A stretch of 64,000 nt of DNA, taken from positions 94,679,775 through 94,743,774 of the forward strand of contig NC_057719.1 of assembly GCF_004010195.1 (NCBI RefSeq). Direction: 5' to 3'. The notes below the pieces were generated by a model. It was not told the DNA's origin. It made no database searches and saw nothing but the letters and a program-made list of their open reading frames with translations. Origin of the DNA: Chiloscyllium plagiosum (Eukaryota). Shown piece after piece: positions 1 through 13,023 of this stretch. The position numbers and the translations under genes were made by a program. The stretch's first letter is position 1; the number at the start of each line of letters is the position of its first letter.

Positions 1-360
1 TCCCAGTCCTCCGTTTTCCCACTTATCTTTGCTATGTTATACTTTTTCTCTTTTAACTTTATATGTTTCTTAACTTCCCTCGTCAGCCACGGCCACCCAT
101 GTCTCCTCCTGGCATCTTTCTGCCATTTTGGAATGAACTGATCCTGCATCTTCTGCATTATACACAGAAATATCCGCCATTGTTCCTCCACTGTTATCCC
201 TGCTAAGGTATTGCACCACTGAACTTTGGCCAGCTCCTCCCTCATAGCTCCATACTTCCCTTTATTCAACTGAAATATTGTCACTTCCGATTGTACCCTC
301 TCCCTCTCAAATTGCAGATTGAAGCTTATTGTGTTATGGTCAGTACTTCCCAATGGCTCC
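1..360 (-). mobile_element. CR1-clade LINE ORF2 fragment (end of AP endonuclease and linker), cut by window edge
   Basis: Reverse strand reads GSTDHNTISFNLQFERERVQ...WPWLTREVKK, the SDH motif and PW linker seen in the other CR1 ORF2 copies here. Confidence 0.8.
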
Positions 361-432
361 TACAGTTGTTCAAGAAACTGGTTCACCACAACCTTCTTTA
401 GGGCAACTAGAGATGAACAGACGGTGCAGACT

Positions 433-694
433 GCAGAGTTTGCACATTCTCCGTGAGTCTGCATGGGTTTCCTCCGGGAGCTTTGGTTTCCTCCCACAAT
501 CCAAAGATGTGCAGGTTAGGTGAATTGGCCATGTTAAATGGTCCATAGTGTTCAGGGATGTCTAGATTAGGGGCATTAGTTAGGGGTTAAAGGGTTAATT
601 AGGGTAGGGGAATGGGTCTGGGGGGGTTGCTCTTCGGTATGGACCTGTTGGGCCGAAGGGCCTGTTTCCACACAGTAGGGATTCCATGATTCTA
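433..694 (+). mobile_element. HE1-type V-SINE, 5'-truncated
   Basis: Core GAGTTTGCACATTCTCC..GGGTTTCCTCCGG..TTTCCTCCCACA and LINE-derived tail TGGGCCGAAGGGCCTGTTTCC, shared with the full copy at 54791. Confidence 0.85.
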
Positions 695-777
695 ACAATG
701 AATTGCTGACTTAGACAGTAATAGCCAAGTCCAGTGAAAGAATAAATGAGAGCACATTTTTTCTAAATGTATTAAAA

Positions 778-1812
778 TATAAGAATGAGGAGCTGGAGTA
801 GGCCATCTGGCCCTTCGAGCCTGCTCCGTCATTCAATAAGATCATGGCTGATCATGGCCTCAGCTCCACTTACCCACCCACTCATCGTATCCCTTAATTC
901 CTTTATTGTTTAAAAAAAAAATCTATCTTAGCTTTAAAAACGTTTACTGAAGTAGCATCAAATACTTCACTAGGCAGGGAATTCCACAGATTTACAACCC
1001 TCTGGGTGAAGAAGTTCCTTCTCAGTTCAGTCCTAAATCTGCTCCCTCTAATCTTGAGGCTGTGCCCTCTTGTCCTAGTTTCACCTGCCAGTGGAACCAT
1101 CCTCTCTACTTCTATCTTATCTATCCCCTTCATAATTCTATATGTTTCTACAAGATCCCCCCTCATTCTTCTGAATTCCAGTGAATTTAATCCTCGTCTA
1201 TTCAGTCTCTCCTCATAAGCCAAGCACCTCAACTCCGGAATCAACCCAGTGAGCCTCCTATGCACCCCCTCCAGTGCCAGTACATCCTTTCTCAAGTAAG
1301 GAGACCAAAATTGCATGCAGTACTTCAGGAGTGGACTCACCAGCACCTTGTACAGCTACAACATAACCTCCCTGCTTATAAACTCAATCCCTTTAGCAAT
1401 GAAGGACAAAATTGCATTTGCCTTCTTAATTACCTGTTGTGCCTGCAGACCAACCCTCTGTGATTCATGCACAAGGACACCCAGGTCCCTATGCTCAGCA
1501 GCATGCTGCAACCTTTTACCATTCAAGTAATAATCCTTTTTGCTGTTATTCCTAACAAAATGGATGACTTCACATCAACATTATACTCCATCTGCAGGAC
1601 CTTTGCCCACTCACTTAAACTATCTATGTCGCTTTGCAAAGTTTCACAGTCCTCTGCATACTTTGCTCTACCACTCATCTTAGTGACATCTGTAAACTTT
1701 GATACACTACACATGGTCCCCAGCTCTAAATCTTCGATGTAAATTGTGACTAATTACGGTCCCAACACATGATCCCTAAGGACACACCACTAGTCCCTGA
1801 TTGCCACCCAGA
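778..1812 (-). mobile_element. CR1 LINE 3' fragment (RT C-terminus and 3' UTR), decayed
   Basis: ORFs 903..1346 (YCMQFWSPYLRKD..RTRGHSLK..FFTQRVVNLWNSLP) and 1523..1714 (SKFTDVTK, a degenerate FADDTK). Confidence 0.9.
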
Positions 1813-1814
1813 AT

Positions 1815-4800
1815 TTTGCCGAGAGGTGTGAGGAAGGAGCGAAGGACTGCCGGGAAGTTTTTAAGTGGGTGAGATGTCGCCGATCGGGTTTACAGGAATC
1901 TGAAGGGGGAGGGTGAGCAGCAAGAAATCGTGGTATATATTGGCACCAATGATATAGCCAGGAAAGGGATTGAGGATCTGAAAAGTGACTGCAGAGAGTT
2001 AGGTTGGAAGCTGAAGAGCAAGATGAGTACTGTAGTGATCCTGGATTTGCTACCGGTGCCACGAGATAGTGAGATGAGGAACAGTCAGCGAATGCAGCTT
2101 AACACGTGGCTGTGATGCTGGTGCAGGAGGGAGGGCTTCAGATACCTAGACCATTAGGATACCTTCTGGGGAAGGTGGGACCTGTACATGAAGGACGGGT
2201 TGCACCTGAACTGGAGGGGCACAAATGTCCTGGGTGGGAGATTTGCTCGTGTGGTTCAGGNNNNTAGAGCATAGAGCAGTACTTGGGGCTATGATGTTGT
2301 GGCCATAACGGAGACGTGGGTTTCACAGGGGCAGGAATGGTTGCTTGATGTTCCAGGGTTTAGAATGTTTAAAAAGAACAGGGAGGGTGGAAAAAGAGGA
2401 GGGGATGTAGGATTGCTAATCAGAGAGTGTATCACAGCTACAGAAAGGAAGGTTGTTGAGGAAGGTTTGTCTACTGAGTCAGTATGGGTGGAAGTTAGGA
2501 ACAGCCAGGGAACAGCCACCTCATTGGGGGTTTTCTACAGACCACCTAATAGCAGTAGAGAGATTGAAGATCTCATAGGTTGGCAGATTCAGGAAAAATG
2601 CAGATGTAGCAGGGTTGTTGTTATGGGTGACTTCAACTTTCCCAATATTGACTGGAACCTCCTTAGAGCAGATGGTTTGGATGTAGCCGTTTTTGTCAGG
2701 TGTGTTCAGGAGGGTTTCCTTACTCAGTATGTACATAGACCGACGAAGGGAGAGGCCATTTTGGATTTGGTGCTCGGCAACGAGCCAGGATAGGTGTCAG
2801 ATCTCGCGATCACAACTGCCTCACATTTACCATAGCCTTGGAGAGTGAAAGGAGCAGTTACCGAGGGAAGATATTTAATTGGAGAATAGGAAATTATGAC
2901 ACTATCAAACAGGAGTTGGGAAGTACAGACTGGGAGCAATTGTTCCACAGACAGACTGTTTAAGGAGCAGTTGTTGCGAGTGATGCACAAATTTGTTCCT
3001 GTGAGACAGGTGAGAAGAGGTAAGATTAAGGAACCTTGGATGACGAGAACAGAGGAACTTCTCATCAAAAGGAAGAAGGCAGCTTTTGTAAGGTGGAGGA
3101 AGCAAGGATCTAGCACGGCTTTAGATGATTACAGGCTTACTAGAAAGGAGCTGAGAAAGGGACTGAGGAGAGCCAGGAGGGGGCACGATAAAGGCTTGGC
3201 AAGAAGGATTAGGGAGAACCGAAAGGCATTTTACTCATATGTGAGGAATAAGACAATGATCAGGGCGAAGGTAGGGCTGGTCAGGGATAGTGGAGGGAAC
3301 TTGTGCGTGGAGTCTGAGCAGATAGGGGAAGCCTTAAATGAGTTTTTTGCTTCGGTTTTCACTAAGAAAAGGGACCTTGTGTATGAGAACTTTGAGGAGC
3401 TGGGATACAGTCTTGTTGATGTGTTGGAAATTTTGGCAAATATTAAGATTGATAAGTCCCCAGGGCCAGACCAGATTTCTCACTCCGGGAAGCGAGAAAG
3501 GAGATTGCTAAACCGCTGGTGAGAATATTTGCCTCCTCACTCTCCACAGGAGTTGTACTGGAGGATTGGAAGGAGGCGAATGTTGTTCCTCTTTTCAAGA
3601 AGGGGAATAGGGAAATCCCTGGCAATTACAGTCTGTGGTCAGCAAAGTTTTGGAAAATTTCTGAGGGATAGGATTTATGACTATTTGGCAAAACATAGCA
3701 TGATTAAAGACAGTCAGCATGGCTTTGTGAGGGGCAGGTCATGCCTCACAAATCTTATTGAGTTCTTTGAGAAGGTGACAAGACAGGTCAACGAAGGTCG
3801 AGCAGTGGATGTGGTGTATATGGCTTCAGCGAGACATTTGATAAGGTTTCCCATGGTAGACTCATTCATAAAGTCAGGAAGTATGAGATCCAGGGAGGTT
3901 TGGCTATCTGGATTCAGAATTGGTTGGCTGACAGAAGGCAGAGAGTGCTTGTAGATGGAAAGTATTCTGCCTGGAGGTCATTGTTGAGTAGGGTCTCATA
4001 GGGCTCTGTTCTTGGGCCTCTGCTCGTTGTAGTTTTTATAAATGACTTGGATGAGAGGTTGAGGGGTGGGTTAGTAAATTTGCAGATGACACAAAGGTTG
4101 GAGGTGCCTTTGATAGTATCGAGGGCTATTGCAGGCTACAGCGCGACAGGATGGAGAGCTGGGCTGAGAAATGGCAGATAGAGTTTAACCTGGATAAATG
4201 TGAAGTAATGCATTTTGGAAAGTCGAACTTGAATGCTGAATATAGATTTAAAGACAGGATTCTTGGCAGGGTGGAGGAACAGAGGGATCTGGGTGTGCAA
4301 GTACATAGATCCCTCAAAGTTGCCACCCAAGTGGGTAGGTTGGTTATGAAAGCATATGGTGTTTTGGGTTTCATTAATAAGAGGATCGAGTTTAAGAGCT
4401 GCGAGGTTTTGCTACAGCTCTACAAGTCCCTGGTGAGACCACACTGGGAATATTGTGATCAGTTCTGGTTGCCCTACTATAGGAAAGATACAGAGGCTTT
4501 GGAGAGGGTGCAAAGAAGGTTTACCAGGATGCCGCCTGGACTGGAGGGCTTGCCTTATGAAGAAAGGTTGAATAAGCTCGGACTTTTCCCTCTGGAGAGA
4601 AGGAGGAAGAGAGGAGACCTGATCAAGATATACAAGATAATGAGAGGCATGGATAGAGTCAATAGCCAGAGACATTTCCCCAGGGCAGGATTGACTGGTA
4701 CGAGGGGTCACAGTTGTAAGACATTAGGAGAAAGGTATAAAGGAACCGCCAGAGGTAGGTCTTTTATGCAGAGAGTTGTGAAAACATGGAATGCGGAGCC

Positions 4801-4974
4801 AGCGATAGTGGTGGAAGCAGAGTCATTGGGGACATTTAAGTGACTGCTGGACATGCACATGGATAGCAGTGAGGTGAGGGGTGTGCAGGTTATTACATTT
4901 TACATGAGGATTAAACCTTGGCACAACATCGTGGGCTAAAGGGCCTGTTCTGTGCTGTACTTTTCTATGTTCTA
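1815..4974 (+). mobile_element. Near full-length decayed CR1 LINE (partial ORF1 esterase, APE, RT, 3' tail)
   Basis: VYIGTNDI (SGNH esterase) at 1930; AITETW, VMGDFNFP, ILDLVL (APE) at 2299-2793; QHGF..SCLTNL and FADDTK (RT); ends in TTCTATGTTCTA. Confidence 0.92.
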
Positions 4975-4989
4975 ATAGTACTCATTTAT

Positions 4990-5272
4990 CCCCACTCCTT
5001 GCTTCCTGTTGATTAACCAATCCTCTACCCCGTCTACATAGTCTCTCCTCATAATCCAACCTGCTAAGCTCCGGAATAAGCTGAGTGAACCTTCTCTCCA
5101 TTCTTTCCAATGTCAGTGTATCCATCCTCAAGTCCATCTTCCTCAGTTACACTGACACCATCCCCCACCTTTCCCTCCGCTACATTAATGGCTGTATTGG
5201 CACCACCTCATGCTTCCACAAGGAGATTGAACAGTTCACCAACTTCACAAACACCTTCCAGCCTGACCTCTG
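4990..5272 (+). mobile_element. Penelope-like RT fragment
   Basis: SIFLSYTDTIPHLSLRYINGCIG is a degenerate PLE xxRYIDDxxG motif, homologous to 20230-20290. Confidence 0.6.
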
Positions 5273-5319
5273 AAGTAGAAGACCCAAGTTCAACTTGCAC
5301 CTACTCCAAACGTGTTTTT

Positions 5320-5862
5320 TTTTCATTCATGCGACATGACTGGCCAGCTTTTGTTGCTTGTCCCTAGTTGCCCTTGAGAAAATGGGGGTGAGCTGCCTTC
5401 TTCAACTGCTGCAGCCCACCTGCTGTAGGTAGACCCACCTGCTGTAGGTTGACCTACAATGTCATGAGGAAGGGAATTCCAGAATTTTGAAAGAACAGCA
5501 ATATATTTGCATGTCAGGATGGTGAGGGGCTCTGAGGGGACCTTGCAGGGGGTGGTGTTCCCATGTATCTGCTACCCTTGTCCTTCTAGATGGAAGTGGT
5601 TGTGGGTTTTGATTTGGAAGGTGTTATTCAAAGATCTTTAGCAAATTTTAACAGTGCATCTTGTAGATAGTACACACTACTACTAATGAGTGTCACTGAT
5701 GGAGGGAGTGGATGCTTGTGGATGCAGTACCAGTCAAACAGGCTGCGTTGTCCTGGATGGTCTCAAGCTTCTTGATTGATGCTGGAGCTGCACTCATCCA
5801 GGCAAGTAGGGAGTATTCCACCACACTCCTGACTTGTGTCTTGTGGATGGTGGAGAGGCTTT
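5320..5862 (-). mobile_element. Old CR1/L2-like LINE 3' end
   Basis: Reverse strand has the tail CAGTTGAAGAAGGCAGCTCACCCCCA..CTCAAGGGCAACTAGGGAC, also found on SINE tails in this window, preceded by degenerate ORF2 C-terminus. Confidence 0.6.
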
Positions 5863-6049
5863 GTAATAACATCTCTGAATAGGTTGATTAAAAAATATCT
5901 ACCCTGAGGAAGGGTATGAGTCTTCCTTACCTCTGGACCACAAGGCAAGGGTTCATGTCCCATTTGTTCCAATATCATAACACATCAGAACAGATAGATT
6001 TAAAAAAAAACTAACCTGAGAAACATCTGCATTAATGTTCTTATCAAAA

Positions 6050-6140
6050 TTAGAGTGGTGCTGGAAAAGCACAGCAGGTCAGGCAGCATCCAAGGAGCAG
6101 GAAAATTGATGTTTCAGGCAAAAGCCCTTCATCAGGAATT
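6050..6140 (-). mobile_element. Short PLE-derived hammerhead element
   Basis: Reverse strand ATTCCTGATGAAGGGCTTTTGCCTGAAACATC..GGATGCTGCCTGACCTGCTG; same family as 12930-13023. Confidence 0.8.
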
Positions 6141-6544
6141 GATGAAAGACTGGTGAAAAATCTCTAATGCCTGATGGCTTTAGAGGAAGTTGATGAAGAA
6201 ATTATTGATATTTCAGCTATGTGTTTACAAAGTACCCTCTATTTGTAAAAGTGCCCACTTAGATTTAAAAAAGTACAAATGTAACACTGTAATGTAGAGA
6301 ATTGTGAGCAGATTAAATAAAGTATTTGCCTATATGGTTAGACAATTTTGTTCATTCTTCAAATATTAACATCACTTGCTAGGCCAACATTTATTCCCCA
6401 TCCCGAATTGTAATTGGTGAGGTGGTGACAAGCCATTTTCTTCAACTGGTTGCTGTAAGTATGATGTAGATACACTGAGTCCGGTTCCCTCAGAAGGCCC
6501 AACATTTTGACCCAGAAACTGTGAAGAAAATGAGACTAGGAGAC

Positions 6545-7050
6545 AGTAACTTTTTTAATGACACTGGGCTAGTTATCTGGAAAATACACTATAAACCTAC
6601 TGACTCCCATAATTACCTGAAGACTATGCTTCATCAGACCCCACTTCCTGTAAAGACACCATTCCATTCCCCTTGTTCCTCTGTCTTTGTTGCTTCTGTT
6701 CAAATGATTCCAGCTTCTGCAAGGGGGCCTCTGAAAAGTCAACATTTTTCCTCAACTGAGGATTCCCCAGCACTGTAGTTGACAGAGCCCTCAGCCGTGT
6801 CTGACACATCTCCTGCACTTCTGCCCTCAGCCCCTCTCTTCCCTCCCACAACATCAATAGGGTTCCCCTGGTCCTTCCTTTACCTCACATCATCATCCAA
6901 GGCCAAAGGGTCATTGTCCAACAGGCTGCCACCACCATGCATATGTTCATCTTCCCTCTCTTGTCAGCCTCCACAGGCACCATTCTCTCTGGAACACTGG
7001 TCCAGTCCCAATCCCTCCTCATACCACCACAGCACTTTCTGCAGATCTGG
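6545..7050 (+). mobile_element. Penelope-like fragment (RT thumb/linker)
   Basis: IHYKPTDSHNYL and ..KDTIPF motifs typical of PLE ORFs; frameshifted. Confidence 0.7.
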
Positions 7051-7313
7051 AACTAACTTCCTGACAGGACTACAAATTCACTTACATCACATAGCCTGCA
7101 GTGGTTCAAGCAGGAAGCTCACCACCACAAGTGCTGGTCTAGCTACTAATGCTTGCAACTTGTACAATTTAAAAACAATTTTAAAACTCCAGCTATTGGT
7201 TTACACATTCTATTTTGGAAAATGCTTAAATTGTTTTCTGCACATCGTGGATTTAATAGCAATAAAGATTTAAAGTTAAAATGCAGTAATCCGTCTCATT
7301 CTATTTGTTCTAG

Positions 7314-7402
7314 TACATGCATCAGTGGAACCAGGTTGGCTACAAGGAACATATGAAGGGAAAACAGGACTGATCCCTGCAAATTATGTTGTCTTTCTTT
7401 GA
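7314..7402 (+). CDS. ARHGAP42: Terminal coding exon of Rho GTPase-activating protein 42 (GRAF3), C-terminal part of SH3 domain
   Basis: Acceptor CTCATTCTATTTGTTCTAG| then phase-1 exon (V)[28 protein letters not shown]. This matches the GRAF-family SH3 end. [14 protein letters not shown] and NYVVFL fit ARHGAP42 better than ARHGAP26 or ARHGAP10, from recalled sequences. Confidence 0.88.
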
Positions 7403-9255
7403 TAACTGCTAGCAAGACTAGAACATCTCCATGGTATCCATGGTGAACAAAATGTCACAAACTAAGAATACTATATTCCAACACACCTAAACAGATGTCA
7501 GACAGTCAGAGGTGGTGGAGTATCTGTATCTGCAGAATATATGCCTTTTTATGGTATGGAGTACAGGATTGTAGTCTGCATCAATATCTGTTCATTTTAA
7601 TTAAATAAATACTCACCTTATTATCCGTAGTTATTGAAACAATTGATTTTGCAATGTTGAAAATGGAAAAGATGATTGATTGAAGTTAAGTGTATATAGA
7701 TGTGCATATATGTTTTAAAAAGCTATGGCATAAGTATTTCAAGACTCCCTGTATAAAATCCCAAATACTGGATATGGGTTTTATCATAACAGTATGACCA
7801 ATGGAGGGTTTATTCCATTGATTTATGTTTATTTCCCTGAAAAATGTTACATTGGATGGAGAAAGGCTGTCACATTATCACAGCTGCACAAACTCTGCAT
7901 TTTTACATCTGTAATTTGAACCGAGCTGGACTGTTTTTCTTTCAGGCAGAAACTCTGTTGCTTTTCCAAACTAAATCTCCCTTTTTTTGCAATCAAATAA
8001 TTTAATTGATTACATTGTAAACTGAATTTTGTAGACTTTTAACTTTCCTTGACTTCTTAGGATGGCTGGTGATCATTTTTAGTTAAATGTCACTAAAACT
8101 CAAAGCACTCAAATATCCAAACACATTTTCACTTGCTTTATTGTAGAGTATTTTGTTGTAGGTATCTATTTCAATATGTGCAAGTAAACATGTATAAACA
8201 TCTAAATTATTGTTGTATTCCTGCAGTAAATGTGAATTGTAAATTTAATATACTTTGGTTAACAAACTAATTATGATGCCAAAGTGCATAAGAACTAATG
8301 AATCCATTGACACCAAAGTTTTGAGAGAGTTTTTACAAGTTTCCAGTGTAGTGTTGATCTCAAATTATCTGCATAAACCTCTAACCTTCTCTGAGCATAT
8401 CCAATCTTCCAACAATCAAGTATTCATTATAATCTAATTGTTGCATATAAGAAAATGAAGCAGTACTTATCACGCAATTTTAATTTCTCTTGTATCAAAG
8501 TAATGTTGACATATTTATGTAATTGCTATATATGTATGACTATTGATTATTCTGCTACAAATCAAAAAATATTTTATTTCTGCAACATAAATTTGAAATA
8601 TAATGTTTTTGGGGCAAATAATTGTATCAACAAGATTTTAGGTTTTGTTTTGCAAGAAAAAATCTGCCAAGCTTTATGAAAAACAGGCAGAGAGAGAGTG
8701 AGAGAATTGTGCTAGCCTTGAGGACAAACTGCACTTTTTACTCTAATTTTATTTTTTCCCAGTACGCTGGTGTATTGGCATCTTTTTTAAATATTAATTT
8801 TTTTCATTAAGTATATATCATACAATGGTTACATTGATAGTTGAAACTATATAATGTCAAATAGTTTAGTTGGTTTCAATGTATTTAATTATTAATATCT
8901 GTCGCAAAATGCTAAATGGATTCAACTGAATGTTTTCTGTTCATTCAAAATTCTTTTCATAAAGTTCCCTGATTGTACCAAGGACTTAGTATATAGTCTG
9001 CACAATGTTACTATTATTTTTAAAGGACTTATATTTGTGGTACAATATATTAAAAATAGACATATTTGAAGACTAAAGAATGATAGAATGAGTAGAACTT
9101 TACAGCCAAATGATTTTGGGCCAGTTTGTATTTTGTGGAATAATGTGAATGCTGACACTACGTGGAAAAATGCACATTAATTACTATAGTGGTCACAGTG
9201 TAGGTCAAATGATGTTTTGTGTGGAAGCATAATAAATTATATTTAGCTACATTGA
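7403..9255 (+). other. ARHGAP42: Putative ARHGAP42 3' UTR
   Basis: AT-rich ~1.85 kb after the stop codon with no recognisable TE, ending near AATAAA (9231-9236) followed by a GT-rich tract. Confidence 0.6.
9231..9236 (+). terminator. Candidate polyadenylation signal
   Basis: AATAAA followed ~20-35 nt later by GTGAGGTTGTGTGTTGG; an alternative AATAAA lies at 9423-9428. Confidence 0.5.
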
Positions 9256-9959
9256 TGTGAGGTTGTGTGTTGGATTGGCAGATTTTACTCTTCACAAATA
9301 GTGATATTTTTTACATTAATTATATGATTTATTAAAGGTGCAATTGATTTAAAATGCCATTTTCAACTTAGAAGACTATTTTCTGATCAGACAAGACTCT
9401 GCAGTGATGTAATTTATATCTCAATAAAAGTGAAAAGTGTAGAGCCTGGAAATTTTGCTCACTCAATCTCTCATTCTAGGCATTTTGATTTAAAATCTGA
9501 GGAGATTAACATTTTGGTAGCGGTTAGTGTAATTTAATGTCACTAAATTATGTGATGCTGAAATTTTGTATTATACGTAGCACAAAATCAAAGAGTAGAT
9601 TATGAAGTCAACTTCAAAGAAACAATGGGCAGAATCTTTCCAGCCCTTGAATGACATGGACATTGACAGGTCAGTTGGTAAAATATGGTGAAAACAGAAA
9701 AATGAGATTCTCGATGTGAGGAAAGAAAAGTCAGAATTTCCACTTTAAAGTTTTAATAGAAGACAAGAATCTTACTAATGAGCAGTGAGAGGCCCATTTA
9801 CACATATTCACATTTTTATTACCCAATGTCACCTTACTCATATGCGGTTTGCTAGTTTCCCAGGCAGTGCAAAGAAACTAGTTGGTAACAGTTCTCAATA
9901 TGAAAGTTTGAGCAGATAACTGGAGCTTGTTCAAGGAGCAACTATTGAGTGTCCTTGAT

Positions 9960-10035
9960 AATGGATCGGCGCAACATCGAGGGCCAAAGGGCCTGTACTG
10001 CGCTGTATTCTTCTATGTTCTATGTTCTATGTTCT
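9960..10035 (+). mobile_element. CR1 3' tail fragment
   Basis: GGATCGGCGCAACATCGAGGGCCAAAGGGCCTGTACTGCGCTG followed by (TTCTATG)n. Confidence 0.8.
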
Positions 10036-10694
10036 AACTCCAGCCCAAAAGCATCTTCTCTAGTTTCTATCCTGGTCAGAATTTCCCAACACCTCAGAAT
10101 ACACTCCACAGGCAGCATTCTCTGTTTGCACTCTCCTTCCACGGGGTTCACACATCAGCCAAACATCAGTGTCATCAGAGCACAATTGGGACTCACTTTT
10201 GATGCAGTTGAGTACTTTAACACTCCACCTTCAGAGCTCACAAGACCTTGCATTTCAATGCTGCTGCCACTCTGATCGCAAGGAGATTACCTATCTCATG
10301 CACTGGAAATGCATATCTCTCAGAGCTCACTGCTTTCATTCTTAGCAGTCATTCACTTTGTACTTACTTGGTTGCTCACAACATCTATGCCTTTGTCATC
10401 AGGTTTTCATGTTTGGTAGCAATGAACAGTCAAGGTGTAGGACTTACTGGCAGAGAACAGAAGGTCATTAACCTCTTGCAGCTTTTCTGCATGTTCCTCC
10501 TAACCTGGGTTGATATTTCAGACCAGACTGGAATTGTTTGATATGGTGCATGGCTCGGGTTTTAAAACTGGCACCCGCAGCATGTGCACTGGAAGATCCC
10601 AGTACTAGTGAGTGTTTGATCACTGCCAACCACTAGAACAGTGCTCTGGAGGCATCGTGCATGCTGAATTAGGTGTTCAGAAGAGAGTTGCATG

Positions 10695-11409
10695 TGTTAT
10701 GAAGGTGTGGGTGTTCCTTTAAGAAAGTTAAAAGCAGCAGAACTACCAGACAGCACTAAGTGTTCTCAATAAGGCAACAATGTATGTAACACTGAGTTGA
10801 ACAATTCAACTAGTTCGTTGCCTGGAGACAAAAACAAATTTGAATTCGGCCAATTAGTTTAAATTATATCTGAAACATATCAAATTCAAATCAAGATTGA
10901 ATTGAGAATATTGACAATCTTAAAAGCCAATGGCATAATCTGATGTTCTGGAGTATAAGACCGGGGAAAATAGTACAGTTGGGAGGAGATCTGCCATGTC
11001 CTGGCACGTAAGAGACTACTTGAAAAAATATCTCTCTTAAAAGTCCCTTTTCAATCAGTAACTTGTAACGCAAAAAATTCTAACAAAGAGAAAAGAAGAC
11101 ACAGGAAGATCCGAAGACAAGAACCTACAGTTGCCTAGTTTTCAGATAATAAGTGTTGTTTTGTAAATCTTAATTGGGAGTTTTATTGGACTACTATTAT
11201 AGAAGGGAAGGTAAAAGTTAGGTTAGAGAAATAAATTGTAAATAGTGGTCAGTTAATTATTTTCTGTTTTATTTTAAGAAATAAAGTTGTTAACTCTTAC
11301 ATTACATAGTTCTTAGCCACTCTAACTTTTACAGATTACTGCATGGGATAAATCTTTTCTGTGTTGCTGGTTTTAAATTAAGCAGGAGAGTTTACCCAGT
11401 GTCATAACA
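10695..11409 (+). mobile_element. Solo LTR, 715 bp
   Basis: TGTTATGA...TCATAACA inverted ends, exact 4-bp TSD CATG (10691-10694 / 11410-11413), TATAAG at ~10954 and AATAAA at ~11279. Confidence 0.8.
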
Positions 11410-11526
11410 CATGAGATAATTCACTGAAGCTGGTGGAGAGAAACCCGCATGAACTCCCTGCAACTCTCTTCTGCTCACCTAACTAAGTATGCACAATACC
11501 TTCAGGGCACTGCTTTTGCAGTCAAA

Positions 11527-11650
11527 TGGGGTAAAAACAATGACTGCAGATGCTGGAAACCAGATTCTGGATTAGTGGTGCTGGAAGAGCACAGCAGTTC
11601 AGGCAGCATCCAAGAGGCAGCAAAATCGACGTTTTGGGCAAAAGCCCTTT
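11527..11650 (-). mobile_element. Short PLE-derived element, truncated within hammerhead core
   Basis: ACTGCAGATGCTGG..CAGGCAGCATCC..TCGACGTTTTGGGCAAAAGCCCTT. Confidence 0.75.
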
Positions 11651-12313
11651 GCTCTGTTTGCCTCTGGAAAGAATTTCCATGCTGCTGGGAATGAAGAGGG
11701 CTGTTAAAAGACCCACTTCAGCATTGTCATAAAGGTAATAAAACAGAAAACAAGTTGTCTAGCCCTCACATCTCAACTCCTCACACTCCATGCCAACATA
11801 TGCTCCTGAACCGATCCTCATGGTCCCTCAGACCTTCCATTTAAACCAATGCTTCTAAATCTGTCCATCATGCTAATCAAAGACCCTTTACCCACACTGC
11901 ATGGTTTCTTGTACTCCAAGCCAACTTACATTTTTCTACCAACTTGCATTGCACCTTACACCCTCTATGTCAAAATATAGCACATACATGCTCATTAACT
12001 CAGTATATGATCTATGCAAAACCATCTGACCCTATAGTAACAAAACTGTGAGAAAAATAATTTTTTTAAAAAACTGTCTCCCATAGATTTCTGAAAACAA
12101 AAATGCTTTTGTGACACCTCTATAAATATATTAGTTCACCAGGCCTATGAAGTAAGTATTAATAACAGAAACGGCAGGCACTCAACACTACTTTTGCTTA
12201 TGTAAGTAAACACTGAGCAATTGAGAATTTGATTTCAAATAGCACTGTAAATCAAGCAATGTTTCCAACAAACGACTCATTGTTCATATTCTCAGCCAAG
12301 TTTTATAATGCAT

Positions 12314-12632
12314 TGGGAGGCTGTGGCATTCATAATCCAAAAAGTTAATGTAATGGGTATATAGGTTTCATCCACAAATGCTGACATTTGAATCCAATAA
12401 AAATCTGAAATTAAAAGTAAGTCAGTGGTGACAATATAACCAATGGAGATTGCTGTAACAGTCCATATGGTTTACCAATGTCCTTTATGGAAAGAATCTG
12501 GCATCCTGACTTGGTCTGGCCTACCTGTTACTCCAAACTCAAACAATGTGTTTTACTCTTAACTGCCCTCTGCACGATTAGTGTTGGACAAATGAATGCT
12601 CATTTATCAATGTCTGCATCCTTTGAATCAAT
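12314..12632 (+). mobile_element. Decayed tRNA-headed SINE (second SINE family)
   Basis: Core AATGTCCTTT..TGGTCTGGCCTAC..TCTTAACTGCCCTCTG shared with 42524-42935. Confidence 0.65.
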
Positions 12633-12929
12633 AAAATAAATTCTTCATTTGTGACTGACACTTGTATAGTTAAAAGTTATTTTTTCAGAAAGTACTAATG
12701 AATGCTTTAAAGCGTTTTCACACATGGCAATAATTAACTAATGAACCCCTTAACAGAGTACATAATGAGTGAATAGCATTGAATTGCCATAGGAAGTTAT
12801 CAGGTTATGAGACAACATAGGCGGTAGGTAGTGAGGCATGGTTAAAGGCTATAGTGCATCAGTAGAAGGGTATAGTTTGGGATCCAGGATTTGAGGGACA
12901 ATGTGAAGTGGGAAGAAGAGCAAAGGATG

Positions 12930-13023
12930 CTGAAAATGTGTTGCTGGAAAAGCGCAGCAGGTCAGGCAGCATCCAAGGAACAGGAGAATCGACGTTTCGG
13001 GCATAAGCCCTTCTTCAGGAATC
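12930..13023 (-). mobile_element. Short PLE-derived hammerhead element with 16-bp TSD
   Basis: TSD AGAAGAGCAAAGGATG at 12914-12929 and 13024-13039. Confidence 0.88.
12986..13023 (-). ncRNA. Minimal type I hammerhead ribozyme motif
   Basis: GAUUC-CUGAAGA-A-GGGC-UUAU-GCCC-GAAAC-GUC-GAUUC: intact core, 4-bp stem II, palindromic ACGU stem III, stem I with one U.U mismatch. Confidence 0.7.

Noticed and set aside
5415..5449. 16-bp direct repeat CCCACCTGCTGTAGGT x2
   Set aside because: Ordinary slippage duplication within an old LINE.
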